From the NCBI GenBank assembly GCA_017428635.1, contig JAFRQK010000025.1:2423-66422 (forward strand): DNA of 64,000 nucleotides. Direction: 5' to 3'. Shown here piece by piece: positions 44,224-52,502 of the stretch; positions within the stretch are counted from its first letter, which is position 1; the number at the start of each line of letters is the position of its first letter. The notes below the pieces were generated by a model, which saw nothing but the letters and a program-made list of their open reading frames with translations, was not told the origin of the DNA and searched no databases. A program made the position numbers and the translations under genes. Source of the DNA: Clostridia bacterium. Its GTDB lineage: Bacteria; Bacillota; Clostridia; Oscillospirales; CAG-272.

Positions 44224-45789
44224 TTATTTCTCGCTGCCCATACGGCGACGGGTAACGAGAATGACGGTCGCTCCGACGACCAGAACGGCGCCGATCACGT
44301 AGAAGATCGTGGTACCGATGCCGCCGGTGCTCGGAAGCTCCGTACCTGCGTTGTTCGCAACGTCGATTTCCGTACTGTTATCAGCCGCAACGTTCACGGT
44401 GACAGGAGCGGTCAGTACGTTGTATCCCGCGGGAGCTTCAAGCTCGACCAGCGAGTACGTGACGTCGCAGTCAACGCCGTCGATGACGATATTGCCCGAG
44501 TCAACGGTAATGAAGTCGGAGCAAACGGAATTATTATTGACTGTCGCGCCCTCCTGATGGGTCGCAACGGAAGCGGCTGCTGCTGCTTCGGCGGCAGTCG
44601 CAACACGGTACGAGGTGTCGCTGAGCTTGACAAGATTCACGACGTTGTCGCTGCCGTCACGAAGTTCAAACACAGCCCCGTCAAGGTTAGCGATTTCGCC
44701 GGTCGCGTGTTTATAGACTTCAAACTTATAGGTAGTGACGGTGTCTTCCACCTCATCAGAGGTCTGATTCGAATACGTAAGCGTAAGTTTGTTCTCTTCA
44801 GCCGCGGTGTAAGTAGCGTTTTCGTTGACAGTCGCGGTATAGGTGAAGGTAACGACGGCGCCGGCGTCGAGAGAAGCAACGTACGCGGCGGGGAGAGTGA
44901 TCCGGAAGGTCCAGGTGTCACCCGCGGCGGGAGTCGTATTGACGGTATAGTCCGTGCCGGCGGTAAGCGCCTGATTTGTTACCGCGGTCCCGTTGACCGT
45001 ACCCGTGACCTTGGCGGAGAAGCTCGAGGCGTTAAGCGTGAGCCCGTCGGACATGGTATCGGTAAGGATCGCCTGGGCGTCTGTTCCGGTACCGTCCGTA
45101 TAAGTGATATCGAACGTTACGGTATCGCCGATCTGAGCGTCCTTGGAAGCTTCTGCAGTCGTCTTGCCGGGGGTGGGGACGGAGTTCTTCTCGTTGATGG
45201 TCACGTCGGAGACGGTATCAAGAGAGCAGATGGAACCGAGAGAAGTGTCTACGAAGTAGTAGCCGGCGCCGGTAACGCTGATCTGGGTGGTAGCGGCTCC
45301 GACGGCGGTTCCGGCTATGGTCTTACCGGCCTTGTTGGCGTCGAGCATCTTTGCAAGATTCGCGACCGCGGTACCGTTGAGTCCCGTTGCGTCGTCAATA
45401 GCGGAACCGCTGTTGACGAGCAGACCGGCTCCGTCAACGGCTGATACCGTGTAGACAGTCGGATCGGAAGCGGTAGGCGTGAAGACGAAATACGTCGTCG
45501 TTATCACACCGGTAGTACTGTCAGTACTTGCAGTATATCCGAAGCCCGAGTTTGCCGTCGTCAGCAGACCGAACCAGGGATTGCTGTTTTTGATCGTGTA
45601 GGAAGCGCCGCTCGCGCTGACCGTGGCGTCAAAGATCTTGTAGGCGTTGTAAGTTTCGCCCGTAGCCGCGCCGCCGATCGTGATCGTGTAATTCGCGGTC
45701 GACTGATCGTCTGCGAGGGTTACCACCGCTAAAGCGAACATCATAATGCACGCGATCGCAATGGCAAGCATTTTCTTGAATGATTTCAT
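44224..45789 (-). CDS. LPXTG-anchored major (backbone) pilin, SpaA-like
   Basis: Signal peptide, a pilin-motif-like FEVYKH, an E-box-like YSLVELEAPAGY, and the sorting signal LPSTG plus TM helix plus RRRMGSEK. Confidence 0.8.
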   Translation of the reverse strand: MKSFKKMLAIAIACIMMFALAVVTLADDQSTANYTITIGGAATGETYNAYKIFDATVSASGASYTIKNSNPWFGLLTTANSGFGYTASTDSTTGVITTTYFVFTPTASDPTVYTVSAVDGAGLLVNSGSAIDDATGLNGTAVANLAKMLDANKAGKTIAGTAVGAATTQISVTGAGYYFVDTSLGSICSLDTVSDVTINEKNSVPTPGKTTAEASKDAQIGDTVTFDITYTDGTGTDAQAILTDTMSDGLTLNASSFSAKVTGTVNGTAVTNQALTAGTDYTVNTTPAAGDTWTFRITLPAAYVASLDAGAVVTFTYTATVNENATYTAAEENKLTLTYSNQTSDEVEDTVTTYKFEVYKHATGEIANLDGAVFELRDGSDNVVNLVKLSDTSYRVATAAEAAAAASVATHQEGATVNNNSVCSDFITVDSGNIVIDGVDCDVTYSLVELEAPAGYNVLTAPVTVNVAADNSTEIDVANNAGTELPSTGGIGTTIFYVIGAVLVVGATVILVTRRRMGSEK

Positions 45790-45871
45790 TTCTTTTCCTT
45801 CTTTCTTTATAATTTTTATTATTTATTTTTGTTTTGTCATATTCAGGCACGTAAAATTTCGTCCCGGAGGA

Positions 45872-48800
45872 CTATTCTATCCTCCTTTCGCGTCTGCGCC
45901 TCAGAATATAAACGCACATTAACGGGCAAGCCGTCAATATTGCCCCTAATGTATAGATCAAAGCGGTTCCGGGTCCTCCCGTCATGGGCAACGGCTCGCC
46001 CGGCGTGTTGTAAACGTCCAGCGTCTTCGACGTCCCGACGTTCTGCAGGGTACCGCTGTCCCCGCCCAAAGTGACGTTTCCGTCCTTGACAACAACGTAA
46101 TATCCGTTATGCTGCGTTTCGGTAACCGTGACGTTCGCTCCGATCGGAACGGTCGGTATCGTTATCGACGGAGTGTTCCCGGACGTAACGGTCAGCGTAA
46201 ACGAGACCTTTCCGTTTGAATCGACCGTGGCTCCCGACGGCCATCCCGAAGCCGAGACGTCGGGATTCCAGTCCGGATGATCGACTTCCAGAGTGAAGTC
46301 GAACGAGCCGGATCCGCCGCCGTTAAGATTTTTTCTTACCGTTATGTCGACGGTCCTGATTTTATCGTTGGTAAATACGACCGACGTCGCCGAATCAAGC
46401 GACGGGATGGTCCTTGTATCGGAATCCTGTGTAACGGAACCGATTCTGTTCGAAGTGTTGTACCCGGCGTGAGCCGTCTCCGTTACGGTCACCGTGCATC
46501 CGGCGGGAAGGGTGAGCGTCTTCGACTGCGAGTTCGACAGATTGAACGTGATAACGTTGCCGTTCACTGTAACGCCGGCGTTTCCGGCGATCAAGCTCAA
46601 GTCGAGGTTCGTTCCCGTAACTGTTACGGAAAACGGGAACGACGCGGTGCTTCCGGGTTCGTTCGTGACCGTTTTGACTACGGTCAGATCTTCTCTTTCA
46701 AGATCGTTGACGAAATTGACCGTTCCGTCCTGAATCAGGTTTGAGAACGTGAACGTCGCGTTTCCGGTATCTGAGCCGTTTGTTCCGACGGGTGCGACGG
46801 TATAACCTGACGCCGACGTCTCTTTTACGACCACGTTGCTTCCCCACGGGATACCGGTCACGACCGTGTTCTGACCGTCCGCCAGACTGAACCGGATCAC
46901 GTTCCGGGTCCCCTGTTTGATCGACGCCCCCGCTGGCAGAGACACTCCGGTCATATCGACGGGTGAGTTCGACGAGTCCGTGACTGTCATCTCAAACGGG
47001 AAGCTGATATTCTCACTCGTGCCTGTCAGCGTTTTTGAGACCGTAACGCTCCGCGGCGTGCTTATCAGACTGTACTGAGCCACGTAAACCGCGTCGCCGG
47101 TGACGGCGGAAACGGTCGGGGTCCATCCGGTGAACTGATAATACTGATTGATCCCCGCCGCCTGAGAAGATACCGGAGTGCCGTGCTTGTACGTCGGAAG
47201 ATCTCCGTAGTGATACGTCGTCTCGGTATCGAGTACGCTGAGATCGTCATTCTTCCATATTACCGTATAATTCACGGGTTCGGCGGTGTACAGAGCCCGA
47301 TATATCTGATCGGACGTCACGTTCGTGCCGTTCGGATTCGCATACGGCCCGGAATTTGTCGGGGATATCAGCTGCCATCCGGCGAAAGTATACGTGTACT
47401 GCGCGTCCGGCGCTTTTGTCGGGACGGGACCGTCGTAATGAGCGACGGCGTTATATGCCACGCCCAAATCGGTTTCAAGGACCGTGCCCGGATCGTCCGG
47501 GGCGGTATCTACCCAGTCCGCATCGACCCATTTTACGGTATACGTTCTCGGAGTCGCCGTATATTTTGCTCTGTAAATGTGGATCTGATCTCCGACCTGG
47601 ACCGTATTGCCCTCTCTGAGATCAGGTCCCGGTACCGTCGCTATTATCTGACGGTTTTCGTCTATCTGCTCCCATCCTGCAAACTCGTAAGTGTACTGCG
47701 GAGTGGGCGCTCTGGAGGGAAACTCGCTGTCGAAATACGGGGTATCGCCCGCGCGGCAGACGTCCTTTTCGAGATACGTCCCCAGATTTCCGTTCCAGTC
47801 GTAGTCGACCCAGTAAACGTCTACGGGATTCAGGTCATATACGGCTTTGAGGACCATGCTGTGCGTGACGATCCTGTCGAAATCCCACGGAGTCGAAGCG
47901 AGTATGTCTTCGTTTGTATCGGGATCCTTGCCGATCACCTCGTACCAGCCGACGAACTGCATTCCGGTCTTCGTGGGATGACCGGGGTCCGTGGCCAAAT
48001 AATGACCGACGTGCTGCTGATAGGAATCGACGGGATTGAACCGCTGGCGCGGATAAGTGGCGGGATTGCCGCCGTCGCAGTCGAAATCGACCACGCACGC
48101 GGGAACGACGTAGCAGTAGAAGGTAAACTCGAAGCCGTTATCGATCATATTCTGGTCGATCAGAGCAACGTCGTTCAAGTTGGTGCCGTTCGGGAGAGTT
48201 CCTCCGTGTTTCTGGGCTGTGGGGATAACACGCACGCCGACAAGACCGCTCCCCTGATTGTGGACGTCATGAGCTGTGACCCAGTCCCAGTCGAAAGACG
48301 TCTGCTCAGGTCCGTATTGCGTATCGCCCGTATAAACGTGATATCCTGTCGCGTTCGAGGCGTCGGCAGGCCAGCTCGGGTTGTACGGACTCGTATAATT
48401 CGGGTCGGTAACGCCTCTGTCATAATAAGCCGTGCCCGTGTTCACCGGATCGGCGTCGATTATCCATCCGTCTCTGAGAAACTGAAGCTGGCTCGAATCG
48501 ATCAGATAATCGCCGCTGAACGTGCCCGTATTGAAATCATAATGGACCGTAACGGAATCGAACTCACCGAGCGTCTGGTTCGCGCGTCCGACGGATATCT
48601 TGTCGGCGTCCGCGCCGTTGAAACCTGTTCCGGGATAGGATTTGAGTTCGAACTGAAGACCGTCGATCGGGATCTTCGTCTGCCCGGAGTTCGGCGTCCC
48701 GCCGCTCTGCGTCCAGTAATTATCATGATCCCAGAAATAAACTTTGAAATGGATTATCCCCTGCGCTCCCGCGGTAACCCACTTCGGAGTCAAAGTGATA

Positions 48801-50989
48801 TTGTGGTTGACGACACAGTGATCGTCAAAGCTGAAATCGGCGTTCCCGCATTTCCATCCGCCGAAGACCAGATTCTGATTCGGGGACTCCGGGGTGGGAA
48901 CGGTACCGGTATAATAGGAATCTTTGCTGACCGTCAGCGGCGTAAACAGAGAACCGTTCGACATGGTCGAGGTGTCGAAACTGATCGTATAAGAAGCGGC
49001 GGAACTGTTGAGGTCTCTCAGGTACAGATCGTATTCGACCCTGATACCTCCGGTCGCGTTGCCGTTACCGTTGAGCCACGCGTTCAGATTTCCGTCCAGT
49101 TTGAAATCATCGTAGGGGTTTCCGTTGGCAGAGAGTTGAATTTTTGACGCCCAGTGACCGCCTAAGAAATTACGGATATGAGCTCCGGTCGAAGGGGCGG
49201 TCACAAGTCCGAAACCGGAGTTTGCGGGAGTATCCAGGTCAAAACGGTTCCTGACGTCGGTGTAATCGCTTACAATGCTGACGTTCCCGTTGTGGATCAC
49301 GCCCCCGTTGTCGGTAATCGTTCCGTCCGAATTTATCGGGACCTGGACGAATGCGACCCCGTCTTTATCGGAAGTCATCTGTAAAAGCTCTTCGACCCTG
49401 TTGCCGCCTTTGTTGAATTTGTTGATCCGCACGTCGACGTACGGAAGCGGCCGGTCGGGATGATCGACGTCGTAAACGTGAACTATGACCTTGAATTTCC
49501 CGTTGGAGGGAGTCGTGTTGTAATCGCTCATCGCGTCGGTGACGGTGATCTCGAAAACGGTTCCGTCCGTGAAATTCACCGTAAGCCGTTCTTCCGTCTC
49601 AAACGGCTGAAGCGACGTCAGAAGATAATCTCCGCCCTCCGCGCTCTCCACGCTCACGAGCGAGGGATCCGTAAAAGTCACGCCGTCCGGGGCGACATCG
49701 GAAACGCTCCGCCCCGTTCCGAGTTCTTCGAAAAGATCGCTCAGAAGGATCGACGACTGGCCCCTGATCGAGAAAGTGTACGATTCATAATGGAAATCTA
49801 CCGTAAATACGAATACGGAAAAGCCGTTCGTCTCGAACGAGACGTTGCCTTCTTTATCAACGCTCGACGGAACTTCGTCCGCGCAGTCCGTGTCGTCAAG
49901 ATGGATAACGGACAGAGCGCCGAGCCCCGAGCGGTCGACGGCGGGACGCGATACGGTAACGGAAACGGCGTCGTCGGGTTCCCATTCCTCGCCGTCCACA
50001 AGAACGCTTATGTCATACGCGGCGTAGTTTTTCTCACCGCCGTCGTCATCTCCGTAACAAGCGGCGATCTGACTGTCCGTAAGAGATACCGGCACGATAG
50101 ACGCCAGGGCGGACTCGGGAAGTCTTCCCGAAAGCGTTACCTCCGCTCCGTCCTCGGCGGACGCCGATATCGTTTTCTCGCCTACGGCGTACGAAACGTC
50201 AGCCAGCGCGCCGTATCCAGTTACGGGATCGCTGAATCTGCCGTACGTGCAGGGCTCTACTCTTCCCGAGACGTCGCCCTCCACAGTGCAAATGACGTCG
50301 CCGCTCACCGACGACACGATCCCCGTTCTGTCGGCGGAACCGTTCCCGTCCGTATCGAAGAACACGAGGTCGCCTTTCTTTGCGGGGTAACCGATCCCTT
50401 TGAACAGACCTGCCCGTTCCAGAGAGTCGATCATCGACGCGGCGTCTTCGGCGGCGGGTACCGTACTCTCCGGCACGCCCGCGTAATGCAGACAGAACGA
50501 AACGAATACGGTCGACCAGTCGCAGTACGCGTCGCCGTACCAGTCTCCGTAACGGGTATATCCCATCAGAGTCTCGCCGTCTTCAGCCACGTCATAATTG
50601 GCGGAGCTCTCCGAATAACCGACTTGCGTTTCCGCAACGGATACGATATCTCTGTTCCAGTTCCCGGTCAGGTTCAGACCGTCGAACGCTTTTTCCCAGA
50701 TATCCGCCGTCTCCCGGTCCGCCTCCGGATCCGAGAAGCACGTCAGGCCGTGTACATGGACCGGAAGGGCGCAGACGAGTTCGCCGTCCGAATAACACTC
50801 TTCGGTATGCGTGTGTTCCTCCATCCCGCAGTACGTCGCCGATTTCTGCGTCACGGCGGGATTGATCAGGACGTATGACGTTATAAACACGACGACAGCA
50901 CAAAGGGCAGAAACCACTGATTTCCAGCGTTTTCTGCTGCTGTGCTCCCTGACGGCTTCGTCAAGCTTTTTCCCGACCCTTTTATCCAT
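45872..50989 (-). CDS. 1705-aa LPXTG surface protein, probable pilus tip adhesin
   Basis: N-terminal TM/signal anchor; the motif CGMEEHTHTEECY...C...HVHGLTC; a CHAP-like region (GYTRYGDWYGDAYCDWSTVFVSFC...GDLVFFDTDGNG...); repeats with ...F(A/T/G)GW... signatures (Listeria-Bacteroides type); three tandem domains ending V(K/T)ET(S/A/Q)xxGY; and a C-terminal LPMTG plus TM helix plus RRRRERR. Confidence 0.8.
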   Translation of the reverse strand: MDKRVGKKLDEAVREHSSRKRWKSVVSALCAVVVFITSYVLINPAVTQKSATYCGMEEHTHTEECYSDGELVCALPVHVHGLTCFSDPEADRETADIWEKAFDGLNLTGNWNRDIVSVAETQVGYSESSANYDVAEDGETLMGYTRYGDWYGDAYCDWSTVFVSFCLHYAGVPESTVPAAEDAASMIDSLERAGLFKGIGYPAKKGDLVFFDTDGNGSADRTGIVSSVSGDVICTVEGDVSGRVEPCTYGRFSDPVTGYGALADVSYAVGEKTISASAEDGAEVTLSGRLPESALASIVPVSLTDSQIAACYGDDDGGEKNYAAYDISVLVDGEEWEPDDAVSVTVSRPAVDRSGLGALSVIHLDDTDCADEVPSSVDKEGNVSFETNGFSVFVFTVDFHYESYTFSIRGQSSILLSDLFEELGTGRSVSDVAPDGVTFTDPSLVSVESAEGGDYLLTSLQPFETEERLTVNFTDGTVFEITVTDAMSDYNTTPSNGKFKVIVHVYDVDHPDRPLPYVDVRINKFNKGGNRVEELLQMTSDKDGVAFVQVPINSDGTITDNGGVIHNGNVSIVSDYTDVRNRFDLDTPANSGFGLVTAPSTGAHIRNFLGGHWASKIQLSANGNPYDDFKLDGNLNAWLNGNGNATGGIRVEYDLYLRDLNSSAASYTISFDTSTMSNGSLFTPLTVSKDSYYTGTVPTPESPNQNLVFGGWKCGNADFSFDDHCVVNHNITLTPKWVTAGAQGIIHFKVYFWDHDNYWTQSGGTPNSGQTKIPIDGLQFELKSYPGTGFNGADADKISVGRANQTLGEFDSVTVHYDFNTGTFSGDYLIDSSQLQFLRDGWIIDADPVNTGTAYYDRGVTDPNYTSPYNPSWPADASNATGYHVYTGDTQYGPEQTSFDWDWVTAHDVHNQGSGLVGVRVIPTAQKHGGTLPNGTNLNDVALIDQNMIDNGFEFTFYCYVVPACVVDFDCDGGNPATYPRQRFNPVDSYQQHVGHYLATDPGHPTKTGMQFVGWYEVIGKDPDTNEDILASTPWDFDRIVTHSMVLKAVYDLNPVDVYWVDYDWNGNLGTYLEKDVCRAGDTPYFDSEFPSRAPTPQYTYEFAGWEQIDENRQIIATVPGPDLREGNTVQVGDQIHIYRAKYTATPRTYTVKWVDADWVDTAPDDPGTVLETDLGVAYNAVAHYDGPVPTKAPDAQYTYTFAGWQLISPTNSGPYANPNGTNVTSDQIYRALYTAEPVNYTVIWKNDDLSVLDTETTYHYGDLPTYKHGTPVSSQAAGINQYYQFTGWTPTVSAVTGDAVYVAQYSLISTPRSVTVSKTLTGTSENISFPFEMTVTDSSNSPVDMTGVSLPAGASIKQGTRNVIRFSLADGQNTVVTGIPWGSNVVVKETSASGYTVAPVGTNGSDTGNATFTFSNLIQDGTVNFVNDLEREDLTVVKTVTNEPGSTASFPFSVTVTGTNLDLSLIAGNAGVTVNGNVITFNLSNSQSKTLTLPAGCTVTVTETAHAGYNTSNRIGSVTQDSDTRTIPSLDSATSVVFTNDKIRTVDITVRKNLNGGGSGSFDFTLEVDHPDWNPDVSASGWPSGATVDSNGKVSFTLTVTSGNTPSITIPTVPIGANVTVTETQHNGYYVVVKDGNVTLGGDSGTLQNVGTSKTLDVYNTPGEPLPMTGGPGTALIYTLGAILTACPLMCVYILRRRRERRIE

Positions 50990-51005
50990 CGTATATCCTC
51001 AAAAA

Positions 51006-51614
51006 TTATGAATACTTTTTTATTATCCCGAAACTGTCGAGAGGCCATATTCTCAGAACGGCTCTCCCGAGTATATGCTCCTTGCTGATGCATCCCACGA
51101 CGCTGTTCCTGCTGTCCTGACTCGTGGCTCTGTTGTCTCCCATAACGAAGTACCTTCCTTCGGGCACCTGATACGGAAGAGTTATGTTGCAGTCCCCGTA
51201 GGCCTTTTCCACAAGATAGGGCTCGTCGATCGGCTCTCCGTCGACGAAAACGTTGCCGTCGGGATCTATGTTCACCCATTGCCCGGGACCCGCTATGACC
51301 CTTTTGACGAGAAGTCTGTTATTGTATGTCAGGACCACCACGTCGCCGCGTCCGAAAGAGATCCCCTTCACGGAGATCACGATCTCGCCTTCATTGATCG
51401 TAGGCGACATGGAACTGCCGTAGATCCTGAATATGGGGAAAAGAAGAAAAGAAAGGAGCACGACGACCGCCGCAGCAACTATCATTATATATACGGTGCT
51501 GCGCAGCGTCAGCGCGTACTTTCTTTTGTGTTCCTCCCGCCTGAGTTCGGCCTCGAGCTGATCCGCGCCGGGAAGGGATTCGCCTCTGTCGTTATGTATC
51601 TTTTTCCGGTTCAA
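51006..51614 (-). CDS. lepB: signal peptidase I (S26 family), pilus-locus associated
   Basis: GSSMSPTI (Ser), LVKRVIAGPG (Lys) and GDNRATSQDSR boxes; 202 aa. Confidence 0.9.
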   Translation of the reverse strand: MNRKKIHNDRGESLPGADQLEAELRREEHKRKYALTLRSTVYIMIVAAAVVVLLSFLLFPIFRIYGSSMSPTINEGEIVISVKGISFGRGDVVVLTYNNRLLVKRVIAGPGQWVNIDPDGNVFVDGEPIDEPYLVEKAYGDCNITLPYQVPEGRYFVMGDNRATSQDSRNSVVGCISKEHILGRAVLRIWPLDSFGIIKKYS

Positions 51615-52056
51615 GGGTGGCTTCCTCCGGCTTCTGTTGATCTGAGCCCGGATCCGGATCCGGCCCTTCGTCCGTCAAATACGGTATTTCCCGTTTATAC
51701 CGGGATATTTTATCGTTTATTTCCGAAAGTACCGTCTCCGTCTCTGCGATCATCGCGGCGGATTTTTCCTTCGCGTCCGCAATGATCCTGTCGTATTCCT
51801 CTTTTGCCTCGGATCTGAGATTCTCTATTTCCGTAAGATAGACGTCAGCCGCCGCCTGCGCGTCTTTGAGGACGCCGCTTATCTGTACGGACGCATCGGC
51901 AAGCGAACCGATATCGGAATACTCCGGTCTCTTTTCTTTCAGTTGATCCGCGAGCTTCGAGTTCTGCAGTTTGAGTTCTTCTATCTCCCTTGCCTGTTCG
52001 ACCATTATCTCGAGCAGATCTTTCCTGCTCAGACGTCTGAGTTCCTTCTCGGTCAT
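51592..52056 (-). CDS. hypothetical coiled-coil protein with an acidic Pro-rich tail (first gene of the pilus operon)
   Basis: Start at ATG 52056 (MTEKELRRLSRKDLLEIMVEQAREIEELKLQN...). The track start 52143 would place the consensus promoter inside the ORF. I recognised no family. Confidence 0.5.
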   Translation of the reverse strand: MTEKELRRLSRKDLLEIMVEQAREIEELKLQNSKLADQLKEKRPEYSDIGSLADASVQISGVLKDAQAAADVYLTEIENLRSEAKEEYDRIIADAKEKSAAMIAETETVLSEINDKISRYKREIPYLTDEGPDPDPGSDQQKPEEATLEPEKDT

Positions 52057-52114
52057 TCGGTAAAATCCCCCGCAAAAACGCGAAATCACAACTGATAATA
52101 CCATAAGATAATCT

Positions 52115-52143
52115 ATTATACATCTGTTAATATTCGATGTCAA
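52115..52143 (-). promoter_or_regulatory. consensus sigma-70 promoter of the pilus operon
   Basis: On the minus strand: TTGACA (52143-52138), a 17-nt spacer, then TATAAT (52120-52115). It lies about 60 nt upstream of ATG 52056. Confidence 0.6.
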
Positions 52144-52430
52144 TACCTTTTAAAAAAGTGTTTATTATTCCCAAATGTCAAACGCTGAAAAACAACCGAT
52201 TGGTAATGGTTGCCTCGCCGAGACATTAATAAGAAAAAAGCAGAGGAAACTCTCCGCCCGTTGAAAAAACGGAAAGATCATCGCATCGCCTGAATTATCC
52301 GTCCTGAAAATCCCATATCCCGGACCGCCTGTCCCGTCCCGTACGGCGAGGCGCGTCTGCGCCGGGGACGGCGCTCTCTTTCAAGTACTATTATATGATC
52401 GTGATCCTTGCAAAATGCATGGAACGGAAT

Positions 52431-52477
52431 CAAAAAACGGTCCCGTGTGCGAAAAACGCCCGGGACCGTTCTTTTTT
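52431..52477. terminator. bidirectional terminator downstream of purL
   Basis: ACGGTCCCG (52437-52445) / CGGGACCGT (52461-52469), with an A-run before it and a T-run after it. Confidence 0.65.
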
Positions 52478-52502
52478 TATGATAAGTATTGAGCGGCGCT
52501 CG

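Noticed and set aside
52057-52143. A longer start for the coiled-coil gene (the track ORF begins at 52143).
   Set aside because: The extension would contain the consensus TTGACA-17-TATAAT promoter. It encodes a Cys/Ile-rich peptide unlike the rest of the protein.
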